Part shown: in pieces, positions 7,787-15,643 of the stretch
Numbering within the stretch: the stretch's first letter is position 1
Layout of the letters: every line of letters starts with the position of its first letter
Assembly (NCBI GenBank): GCA_031422355.1
Contig: JANOQU010000199.1
Location: 1 to 38,686 of the forward strand
DNA from: Actinomycetes bacterium
Lineage (GTDB): Bacteria; Actinomycetota; Acidimicrobiia; Acidimicrobiales; Ilumatobacteraceae
Direction of reading: 5' to 3'
Length of the DNA: 38,686 nt
Notes under the pieces: generated by a model
The model's database searches: none
The model's input: the letters and a program-made list of their open reading frames with translations, nothing else
What the model was told of the DNA's origin: nothing
Program-made: the position numbers and the translations under genes

Positions 7787-9085
7787 ATGCCGACAGAGTC
7801 GGGGTCGGAAAGGTCAAGGCAGAACGTGTCCATCGTCGTCATCGGCGTGAATCATCGAACAGGGCCGCTTGCGCTTCTTGAGCGCGTCGCCGTGTCGGTC
7901 GAATCGTTGCCGAAGGCCATTGGCGGCCTCAACGGGCGGGCGAACATCCGTGAGGTAGTGGTGCTCAGCACGTGCAACCGCACCGAGGTCTACGCCGTTG
8001 CCGAGAGATTCCACGGCGCGTATGCGGACATCAGGGATTTCTTCTGCGAACTTGGCGGCCTGGCCCCTGATCAGTTGCACCCGCACCTGTACAGCCAGCA
8101 CGACGAAGGTGCCGTCTCGCACCTGTTCGAAGTTGCCGCAGGTCTCGATTCAGCCGTGCTCGGCGAACACGAGATCCTCGGCCAGGTTCGTGCGGCGTGG
8201 GAATTGTCCCAGCGTGAAGGTGGCTCGAAGTCCACGTTGAACCTGCTGTTTCGCCACGCGATCGAAACCGGTAAGCGGGCCCGCACCGATACGTCGATTT
8301 CGCGTGGCACCGCCAGCGTCAGTCACGCGGCAGTCGAGATGGCACGCGAGTATCTCGGCGAATTGCACGGCAAGCGAGTGTTGGTCGTCGGTGCTGGAGA
8401 GATGGGCGAAGGCGTTGCGGTCTCGCTGCTCGCCGCCGGAGCGGCCGAGATCAGCGTCACGAATCGCACTGAGACGAGGGCTCAACAGCTTGCGGATCGA
8501 GTCGGCGGCAGAGTCGTCCCATTCGGAAAATTGCCCTCGGCAATCAGTCGTGCCGACGTGTTGCTCACGTGTACCGGTTCCGGCACCGTACTGATCGATC
8601 ACGAGACGGTTGCCTTTGCCCGAGACGAGGTGGACACCCCGCTGTTGGTCGTCGATATCGCCGTTCCTCGCGATGTTGATCCGTCAGTGGAGGCGTTGCC
8701 AGGGGTCACGGTGCTCAACCTCGACCATCTCCGCGAGTGGGCTGCGAAGGGAATCGAGAAGCGGTCGGGTGAGGCCGAATCTGTCCGCCGAATCGTCGCT
8801 GAAGAAGTCGAGCGATTCCAAGTCGATGTCACTTCACGCCAGGCGGCCCCGCTCGTGGCTCAACTGCATCAACATGCCGATGGTATCCGCCAGGCCGAAC
8901 TCGATCGGTTTGCGGCGCGTCTCGCCAGCCTCGACCCCGCCCAACGCGCAGCGGTCGAAGCGGTCACGAAGGGCATCGTCGCCAAGTTGCTCCATTCGCC
9001 GAGCGTGCGCCTGAAAGATGATGTCGGCACGCCGAGCGGCGAGCGCAACGCAGCAGCGTTGCGCGACCTGTTCGATCTTTCCTGA
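7787..9085 (+). CDS. hemA: Glutamyl-tRNA reductase
   Basis: VIGVNHRTGPLALLERV, the active-site block LSTCNRTEVYA, and VVGAGEMGE for NADPH binding. An alternative GTG start lies at 7826. Confidence 0.9.
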   Translation: MPTESGSERSRQNVSIVVIGVNHRTGPLALLERVAVSVESLPKAIGGLNGRANIREVVVLSTCNRTEVYAVAERFHGAYADIRDFFCELGGLAPDQLHPHLYSQHDEGAVSHLFEVAAGLDSAVLGEHEILGQVRAAWELSQREGGSKSTLNLLFRHAIETGKRARTDTSISRGTASVSHAAVEMAREYLGELHGKRVLVVGAGEMGEGVAVSLLAAGAAEISVTNRTETRAQQLADRVGGRVVPFGKLPSAISRADVLLTCTGSGTVLIDHETVAFARDEVDTPLLVVDIAVPRDVDPSVEALPGVTVLNLDHLREWAAKGIEKRSGEAESVRRIVAEEVERFQVDVTSRQAAPLVAQLHQHADGIRQAELDRFAARLASLDPAQRAAVEAVTKGIVAKLLHSPSVRLKDDVGTPSGERNAAALRDLFDLS

Positions 9086-9096
9086 CGCACACATCG

Positions 9097-9993
9097 ATGG
9101 GCCTGAATCCAGTCGACGCTGGGAGAGCGACGCGATCGTTGAAGATCGCCACCCGTTCCAGCGCTCAAGCACGCACCCAGGCCGAGTTCGTCGGTGCAGC
9201 GATCGAGCGCGCAAATCCTGCCGTGCACACCGAGTTGGTGTTCGTCGACACCCTTGGCGACCAACGTCAAGACGTGCCGCTCCACACGATTGGCGGACAG
9301 GGCGTGTTCGTCAAGGAGGTCCAGCGAGCAGTTCTCGACGGCCGAGCCGACATTGCGGTGCACAGTGCCAAGGACTTGCCATCCTCGGTCGCGGACGGCT
9401 TGACCATTGCCGCGTTCACCGAACGTCGCGATCCGCGTGACGCACTCGTTGGTTCGACTCTCGATGGTCTTCGCCTCGGAGCGACTGTCGCAACAGGATC
9501 TGTGCGTCGCCGGGCGCAATTGCGGACGGTGCGACCCGACCTCAACTTTGTGGAACTGCGTGGCAATATCCAGACCCGCTTGACGAAAGTGCCAGTCGAC
9601 GGTGCGATCGTGATGGCGGTGGCCGCACTGCATATTTTGGGGCTGACCGAATTGATCGCCGAGGTCATTGCTTCGGACGTGATGGTGCCCGCTGTCGGCC
9701 AGGGATGTGTGGCGGTCGAGTGCCGGTCCGACGATGCTGAGACAGAGGCTTCGGTCGCATTGATCGATCACGTCGACACTCGCCGGGCCGTCGTTGCCGA
9801 GCGAGCGTTTCTTGCCGAACTGGGGTCTGGTTGCTCGCTGCCGATCGGGGCATTCGTCAGCGACGGCCAACTGACGGCGTTTCTGGCCGACGACAACGGA
9901 CGCGTTCTGCAGACCACGGTTCGGCTCGGTCAGCGTTGGAACGAAACCGCGATCGAAACCGCCCGCGCTCTGCACGCCGAGATCCGACGTTGA
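9097..9993 (+). CDS. hemC: Hydroxymethylbilane synthase (porphobilinogen deaminase)
   Basis: LKIATRSS..., IAVHSAKDLP, RGNIQTRL, and the cofactor cysteine context LGSGCSLPIGAF. Confidence 0.88.
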   Translation: MGLNPVDAGRATRSLKIATRSSAQARTQAEFVGAAIERANPAVHTELVFVDTLGDQRQDVPLHTIGGQGVFVKEVQRAVLDGRADIAVHSAKDLPSSVADGLTIAAFTERRDPRDALVGSTLDGLRLGATVATGSVRRRAQLRTVRPDLNFVELRGNIQTRLTKVPVDGAIVMAVAALHILGLTELIAEVIASDVMVPAVGQGCVAVECRSDDAETEASVALIDHVDTRRAVVAERAFLAELGSGCSLPIGAFVSDGQLTAFLADDNGRVLQTTVRLGQRWNETAIETARALHAEIRR

Positions 9994-10003
9994 ACGGCCG
10001 AGG

Positions 10004-10771
10004 GTGATGTCGGAGCCGAACGTCGTTCGCCCGTCGCTCGCCGGTCGCCGGGTGGTTGTCACTCGCGCCGCAGATCAGTCCGACGAACTCGTCGAACGGC
10101 TCACGGCGCTTGGCGCCCAGACAGTGGTCATTCCGTTGATCGAGATCGTCGAGCCGGTCGATGGCGGGCAGGAACTACGAGCAGCACTCGGTCAATTGGC
10201 GCGCTACGACTGGCTTGCAGTCACATCTGCCAACGGCGCGCGTCGGGTGGGTCCCGGAATCCTGGCGCTCGGAGCAGATCGACCTCGGCTGGCCGCGGTT
10301 GGTACGGCGACAGCAGCTGTGATGCGGTCGGAGTCCGGCTTCGAAGTGGACCTGATTCCCAGTCGGCAGACGGCGGAGGCCCTCGTCGAACTCTTCCCTG
10401 ACGGAGACGGGGCTGGCCGCGTTCTGATCGCCCAGGCCGAATCCGCAAGCGCAGTACTTGCTGACGGCCTCGCCGCAAAGGGCTGGCAGGTGGACGTCGT
10501 CGTTGCCTATCGGACGCAATCGGTCCGCCCTTCTCCTGGTCAATTACTCGGTGCGCTCGCAGCGGATGCCGTACTTTTCGCGAGTGGGTCGGCAGTGCGT
10601 TCGTGGATGCAGGTATTCGGATCATCGACACCACCGATTGTGATCGCGATCGGCCCCTCGACGGCCGCGATCGCCGACGAAATTGGCCTCAAGGTGGACG
10701 CTGTCGCAGCCGATCACTCACTCAGTGGGCTAGTGACATGCCTGCTGACGCATCTCGGGGATTCGGACTAG
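10004..10771 (+). CDS. hemD: Uroporphyrinogen-III synthase (stand-alone, no SUMT fusion)
   Basis: GRRVVVTRAADQSDELVERLTALGAQTVVIPLIEI...WLAVTSANGAR...ASGSAVRSW shows the HemD two-lobe pattern. Its position after hemC supports the call. Confidence 0.75.
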   Translation: MMSEPNVVRPSLAGRRVVVTRAADQSDELVERLTALGAQTVVIPLIEIVEPVDGGQELRAALGQLARYDWLAVTSANGARRVGPGILALGADRPRLAAVGTATAAVMRSESGFEVDLIPSRQTAEALVELFPDGDGAGRVLIAQAESASAVLADGLAAKGWQVDVVVAYRTQSVRPSPGQLLGALAADAVLFASGSAVRSWMQVFGSSTPPIVIAIGPSTAAIADEIGLKVDAVAADHSLSGLVTCLLTHLGDSD

Positions 10772-10839
10772 GATCGCCCGGACGTCCACGACGGGTTCAG
10801 GTCGAACCGAATACGCAGGCAGGACGTACAAAGACTCAG

Positions 10840-13311
10840 ATGGCAGCACGAGAAATTTCAGCAGGGGACAGGCCAGTTGAGCCGGTCGGACGACGCTGGG
10901 GCTTCGCCGCGGGTTTTGCAATTGTTGCGGCAGCGACCCTTGGTTCCTCTGCCGGGCTGGCGCCAGTCACCGCTGACACCATTCCTGCTGCTGTGCCGCT
11001 CGCAAGTCCCCTGTTCTTGGTTGCCCCTGCAGTTGCGACCAATCCATCGGTCTCGGGCAACGGCCGTTTCGTCGCCTTCACCAGCGCTCCCGGCCAGTCC
11101 GCTACCGAGACTGACGACCGTGTCAGTAGCGTTTGGTTGAGCGACCGATTCACCGGTGAAATCACCGAACTGACTCTGCCGAAGGAAGGCACCCGCCTTG
11201 GCAACAGCGTGAACCCGGTGATCGCTGCCGACGGTTGCACAGTGGTCGTCACGACCGAGACCGCTTACGACCTGTTCCGCGATGACGACGAGGGTCTGCG
11301 CTGGGATGTCTACCGCACCACGCTGCCGTCTTGTGATGGCAAGGTCGGCGACTGGGCAATCGTGTCCACATACCTCAATGCCGACGGTCAGGCCCAGGCC
11401 CGCAACGATGTCGACCCTGATCAACTGGCCGCAGTTTCGAGCAGCGGTTCGGTGATTGCCTATGTCCGACCGTTCGAGTCACTCTCTGGCAGTGACGACG
11501 TCATCGACCCCGCTGCTGCGATCGATGTCGTCGATCTCACGATTCCAGTCGACGATGCTGGACGCATCACTGAGGCCCCCGGTCTCCCATCGGAATTGGC
11601 GCTGAACAGCGTCACCTACGTTGGACAGGTCAGTCCCGCGCTCTCGGCTGATGGGTCCACGCTGGTTTTCACATCGGACGCAACAGCAGACGATGCGGTT
11701 TCGGACTGGGTGACACCTGTCGGCGCGGCGACCACCGTCGCGACTCAGATTTTTGCCTGGAACCGCAACGACCTCGACCCGTTCACTGCGGTCGAAATGA
11801 TTTCGACTAACTCGACCGACGGCGGCAACGCCAGTTCGTTCGATCCAACAGTGTCAGCGGACGGGAGAATCATCGCGTTCTCCTCGGCTGCGAGTGACCT
11901 GATCAACGCCGAGTCACTGCGGCAATGCGGAGCAGCCTGTCCAGCGCAGATCTACGTCGTCGACCGTGATCCGGATCTCAACGGGATCAACGACGAGGCC
12001 GGGCTCACGTCTCTGACGCTCATCACCCGGGCCCCCGGCGACGGCGGGTCTGCGATCATGATCGGTAATGGAGCGTCGTTCGCGCCGGCGTTGTCAGCCG
12101 ATGGTATTTCCGTGGCGTTTGCGACGCAGGCATCGAACCTGCTGCAGGTCCAAACGCCTGGCGGTGGGGCACTGGGCGACGGCGATCTCGTCATCGCGGA
12201 CCTTGCAAACGGCAATCAGTTGCGGCGGGCCTTTGACGGCCTGACGCCGGCGCCGGGCGCGCACGGAAACCCCCATATCTCGGCCAACGGACGTGTGCTG
12301 GTGGCGGATTCTCTTGTCGCAGGTGAACTGCTGGGCGACCCCGGCCTGGTCGGTCGCCACATCGTCGCGGCGACCTACGCGCCGGTGTTGTCGATCGCCT
12401 CGCTCGACATCGGCACCGTTCTTGTCTCGGTTCCCGGGCCGGAGTGGCGTGTGTACGTGGTCAATGCCGGGCCTGGTTCATTCACGCCCAAGGAGATCAA
12501 TCTCGACAACCCCGACTTCGTGATCTCCGGTGGTTCATGTGTCACCGATCAGGCGCCGGTCAAGCCTGGTACGAGTTGCGAGATCAAGGTCATCTTCACG
12601 CCATCAGTCGTTGGACCGATCACGGCAACGCTGACCGTCGCCGAGCAGGGATACGGCGGCATCATCCTGACCGCTCCGGTCAAGGGTGCCGGTGGCGAAC
12701 CGTCACTCGGTGCCGACCCAAGCTTTGCGGTCTACGGCACCGAGGTGGTCGGTCGTCTGAGTCAGTTCACCGAGATCTTCACGGTCTCCAACGTGTCGGT
12801 GACCCCAACAGTTGTGATGTCGGCAACGATGAGCGGGGCCAACCCTGATGATTTCATCGTGACGGCTAGCACCTGCGGTACAGAACTGACGCTCGCAGCG
12901 AGTTGCCCGGTGGAGGTGTCGTTCCGTCCGACCGGTCCTGGTCGCCGAACCGCGACGCTCAGCTTCGCCACGGCGCTCGGTCAATACACCAGCGTGCTGC
13001 TCAGCGGCGACGGTGTCTACGTCCCGACTCTGTTGGCCAGCCCTGAGCTGACGCCTGGACAAGACCTTGGCGTCGGTGGCAGTGGATTCCCCGCCAATAC
13101 CGACATCGTGATCGGCTGGAGCGATGGCAGCGGTCGCAGCGCGACAGTGACCACGAACGACGAGGGTGGCTTCCTGCTCAACCTCGCCACGAAGCGCAGC
13201 CAATCTCCCGGCGCTGCCACACTGGTCGCTCAGGCGTCCGACGGCACCAGCGCGACCGTGGTCGTCGACGTCCAGCAGGACCGCCGCCGCTCACCCCGTC
13301 AGCGCGGCTGA
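10840..13311 (+). CDS. Large exported protein: TolB/PD40-like beta-propeller repeats plus two Ig-like (ASH/HYDIN-type) Cys-pair domains
   Basis: An internal ATG at 10840 gives a signal-like N-terminus (GRRWGFAAGFAIVAAATLGSSAGLAPVTA, possibly Tat-type RR). The motif P-x-[VIL]-S-A-[DN]-G-R/S-x-[VI]-[AV]-F-x-S recurs (SGNGRFVAFTS, SADGSTLVFTS, SADGRIIAFSS, SADGISVAFAT, SANGRVLVADS), typical of PD40 blades. Two C-terminal modules follow: C-x(10-12)-C...F-x-P...G...A-x-L (GGSCVTDQAPVKPGTSCEIKVIFTPSVVGPITATLTV; TCGTELTLAASCPVEVSFRPTGPGRRTATLSF). The portion upstream of 10840 overlaps hemD and was trimmed. Confidence 0.65.
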   Translation: MAAREISAGDRPVEPVGRRWGFAAGFAIVAAATLGSSAGLAPVTADTIPAAVPLASPLFLVAPAVATNPSVSGNGRFVAFTSAPGQSATETDDRVSSVWLSDRFTGEITELTLPKEGTRLGNSVNPVIAADGCTVVVTTETAYDLFRDDDEGLRWDVYRTTLPSCDGKVGDWAIVSTYLNADGQAQARNDVDPDQLAAVSSSGSVIAYVRPFESLSGSDDVIDPAAAIDVVDLTIPVDDAGRITEAPGLPSELALNSVTYVGQVSPALSADGSTLVFTSDATADDAVSDWVTPVGAATTVATQIFAWNRNDLDPFTAVEMISTNSTDGGNASSFDPTVSADGRIIAFSSAASDLINAESLRQCGAACPAQIYVVDRDPDLNGINDEAGLTSLTLITRAPGDGGSAIMIGNGASFAPALSADGISVAFATQASNLLQVQTPGGGALGDGDLVIADLANGNQLRRAFDGLTPAPGAHGNPHISANGRVLVADSLVAGELLGDPGLVGRHIVAATYAPVLSIASLDIGTVLVSVPGPEWRVYVVNAGPGSFTPKEINLDNPDFVISGGSCVTDQAPVKPGTSCEIKVIFTPSVVGPITATLTVAEQGYGGIILTAPVKGAGGEPSLGADPSFAVYGTEVVGRLSQFTEIFTVSNVSVTPTVVMSATMSGANPDDFIVTASTCGTELTLAASCPVEVSFRPTGPGRRTATLSFATALGQYTSVLLSGDGVYVPTLLASPELTPGQDLGVGGSGFPANTDIVIGWSDGSGRSATVTTNDEGGFLLNLATKRSQSPGAATLVAQASDGTSATVVVDVQQDRRRSPRQRG

Positions 13312-13347
13312 CCGACCCCTCAGCCCGTGCGGCTTCTGACGTCCTCC

Positions 13348-13450
13348 GGCACGCCGTCTTCTGGCACGTCGTCTGGCACGAATCACGCCCTCGGTGCCGA
13401 CGCGTGCCACCCCTTGGCACGTTGCGGGACCAAGGGCGTCGTTCGTGCCA
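13348..13450. repeat. Cluster of direct and inverted (T)GGCACG heptamers in a convergent intergenic region
   Basis: GGCACG occurs at 13348, 13363, 13375 and 13416. CGTGCC occurs at 13403 and 13444. TCTGGCACG is repeated 12 nt apart. CGTGCCA-cccct-TGGCACG forms a perfect 7-bp hairpin (13403-13421), and an alternative pairing joins 13415-13421 with 13444-13450. Confidence 0.7.
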
Positions 13451-13490
13451 CGCCAATCCCTACCGAGCGGACCTGGGCAACCGTGGATGC

Positions 13491-14732
13491 TCAGCCGACT
13501 GGGTAGGTCGAGCCGCTGACGAGCAGGCCGACGATGCACGTTCCTGCAGCACTTCCGACGGTGTCGCAGACGATTTGGAACACGATCGTGTCACCCGCAT
13601 TGAAGACCACCGGGCTTCCGAGCTGTAGTCCGTCGATGTTGTCGAGACTTGTGTTGAGATTCCATTGTTGAATCGGCTCGTCGTTCTTCGAGACCGTTGC
13701 CTGCCCACCATCTTCATTGATGTTCTGAAGGATGAAGTCGGTGATGCGTAGCTCAGTATCGGCCTCGACCGTGAACTGAGCGGTGCCGGACTGACCGGGC
13801 AGCGCCTCGACAGAGAACCGCTTGATGAAGCCCTTACCGTCGTCGGACGGCACCGAGACCGGCACGACCACGCTGTCATCCGGGGCGTCGAGCGTGGTGG
13901 CGGTCGAGACCGGGTCATCCGGATTCACCGGAGCAGTGTTGATCACGACCGTTGCTGCCTGGTCGTCGACAGCGTCGCGGGCTGTCCGCTCAGTGAGCGG
14001 CTTGAGCAGCGCGAACCAGATGCCGGCGAGTGCGCCGGCGACGGCCAACAAGGCGATGAGGCGCCGACCGAGCCGATCGGGGATGGCTGGTGTCTGGACG
14101 AACGTTGCGTGGGCGACGGCGGTCGGGAAACCCTGCTGGTCGGCTTCGATCGAGAACGGAAGTGTCCGTGAACCTCTTCGCCAATGGCGTCGAACGGCCT
14201 TCATTTTCAGACGAACGAGGCTGTTGCCCCCTGGTTCGACTCCGACGGCTGGCGGATCGAAGTCGCCGTCAAGGCGTTGACTGACGTCGATCAGATGCAG
14301 CCGACAACTCGCCTGCGAGTTCCCCTGGTTCTCGACGAGGAACTCGTAGACGGCTCGTCGGCGGCTGCGCACGACCGGCTGCAGCAAGTGCAGCCGACGG
14401 TCATGGAATGCACCGATGACGGCTGTCGTTTCGGCGATGATGACATCGTCGGGTTCGTCCTGGGGGATGATCCGGATCGTCAGCGGCGCCGGGCCCGCTG
14501 GTGTCGTGGACAATTGCGGCGGACGCAGCGTGACCGTGATGGTCTCGGATGACCCGCCGAACAGGGTGACGGTTGGCGGCGACAGTCGGACCCAGCCGGC
14601 GAGCAGCCCTGACGGCACGAGCGTGAATGTCTCGGTGCGGTTGCCGAGGTTGATCAGGCTGAGAGCGAACGTCTCGGATTCTCCGGGGGCGACGCCGACA
14701 TCAGACGTCGAGAACTCAGCTTGTGCCACCAT
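13491..14732 (-). CDS. Single-pass membrane protein with N-terminal Ig-like (CARDB/NEW3-like) domains and an uncharacterised C-terminal ectodomain
   Basis: 413-aa ORF with high GC3. Two beta-sandwich-like segments (VAPGESETFALSLINLGNRTETFTL...; RRAVYEFLVENQGNSQASCRLHL...). TM helix LIALLAVAGALAGIWFALL preceded by RLGRR (positive-inside). No family is recognised for the C-terminal part. Confidence 0.55.
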   Translation of the reverse strand: MVAQAEFSTSDVGVAPGESETFALSLINLGNRTETFTLVPSGLLAGWVRLSPPTVTLFGGSSETITVTLRPPQLSTTPAGPAPLTIRIIPQDEPDDVIIAETTAVIGAFHDRRLHLLQPVVRSRRRAVYEFLVENQGNSQASCRLHLIDVSQRLDGDFDPPAVGVEPGGNSLVRLKMKAVRRHWRRGSRTLPFSIEADQQGFPTAVAHATFVQTPAIPDRLGRRLIALLAVAGALAGIWFALLKPLTERTARDAVDDQAATVVINTAPVNPDDPVSTATTLDAPDDSVVVPVSVPSDDGKGFIKRFSVEALPGQSGTAQFTVEADTELRITDFILQNINEDGGQATVSKNDEPIQQWNLNTSLDNIDGLQLGSPVVFNAGDTIVFQIVCDTVGSAAGTCIVGLLVSGSTYPVG

Positions 14733-14740
14733 CGCCGATG

Positions 14741-14759
14741 GACGCTAGCCGGTAGCGTC
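14741..14759. promoter_or_regulatory. 19-nt palindrome in the 34-nt divergent intergenic region
   Basis: GACGCTA-gccgg-TAGCGTC: perfect 7-bp arms, sitting between the divergent starts at 14732 (-) and 14767 (+). Confidence 0.3.
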
Positions 14760-14766
14760 GTCGAAC

Positions 14767-15471
14767 GTGGGTCCCCGGACGTCGATCATCGGTCAGCCGG
14801 AGGCAATCGTCTTCGATCTCGACGGCACCATCGTCGACACCGAGACGCCTGAGTTCGAGGCGATCAGAGCGGTGTGGGCCGCTCATGGTGTGGAGTACGA
14901 GCCCCGCCGGTTCGAGCAGTACATCGGCACGTCGACAGGAACCTTTGGTTGGCTCGACGAGTTGGAGAAAGCCGCTGGCCGACCGATCGACGTCGATTCG
15001 GCGGTTGCGTTGCGCAGATCCGTCCATCGGAGCTTGGTCGATGCGTTGCAAGCCCGCGATGGCATCGTCGACCTGATCGAGCAAGCCGCTGCGGCCGGGG
15101 TCCCGATGGCTGTGGCATCGAACTCGCCCGACTTTTGGGTTCGCGAGCGCTTGGCGGCGCTGGAGTTGTCGCACCGACTGCCCGTGGTGATTTCGTCCGA
15201 CACCGCCTTGCGGCCCAAGCCTTGGCCCGAACCGTTCTTGCAGGCGTGCAGCGCGATCGGCGCCGACCCAATGCGTTCGGTCGCGTTCGAGGACAGCGTG
15301 ACGGGCGTGACGGCTGCCGTTGCTGCAGGCCTCTACACCGTTGCCTGCCCGAACCCGCTGACCCGAAACCATGACCTCACAGCGGCCCACTGCATGATCG
15401 ACGCGCACACTGCGATCTCGCTCGGTGATCTCGGTTCCAAAATCCACGAACGTTTATCCGCGCGCGGTTGA
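14767..15471 (+). CDS. HAD-superfamily hydrolase (beta-phosphoglucomutase-like subfamily IA)
   Basis: Motif I IVFDLDGTIVDTE, motif II VASNS, and the motif IV region AFEDSVTGVTAAVAAG. Confidence 0.8.
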   Translation: MGPRTSIIGQPEAIVFDLDGTIVDTETPEFEAIRAVWAAHGVEYEPRRFEQYIGTSTGTFGWLDELEKAAGRPIDVDSAVALRRSVHRSLVDALQARDGIVDLIEQAAAAGVPMAVASNSPDFWVRERLAALELSHRLPVVISSDTALRPKPWPEPFLQACSAIGADPMRSVAFEDSVTGVTAAVAAGLYTVACPNPLTRNHDLTAAHCMIDAHTAISLGDLGSKIHERLSARG

Positions 15472-15643
15472 GCTCACGCCCCTTCCCGCGAAGAACCGGT
15501 AAGGATTTCGAGGGGTTCCGAGGGCACACGTCTGTCCGATTGGGGCAGTGGCGCAACGATGCCGGCCCCCGGAAATTGGTCCCGACGAATCCTGCTATTT
15601 TCGGAGTAGCGGGAAAAACACATCACGTGAGCGAGGAGCAATT

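Noticed and set aside
13415-13428. TGGCACGTTGC resembles the sigma-54 promoter elements TGGCAC / TTGC.
   Set aside because: The GG-to-GC spacing is 8 nt rather than the required spacing of about 12 (TGGCACG-N4-TTGC). Actinobacteria are not known to encode RpoN. The site lies between two convergent gene ends, with nothing downstream to transcribe.
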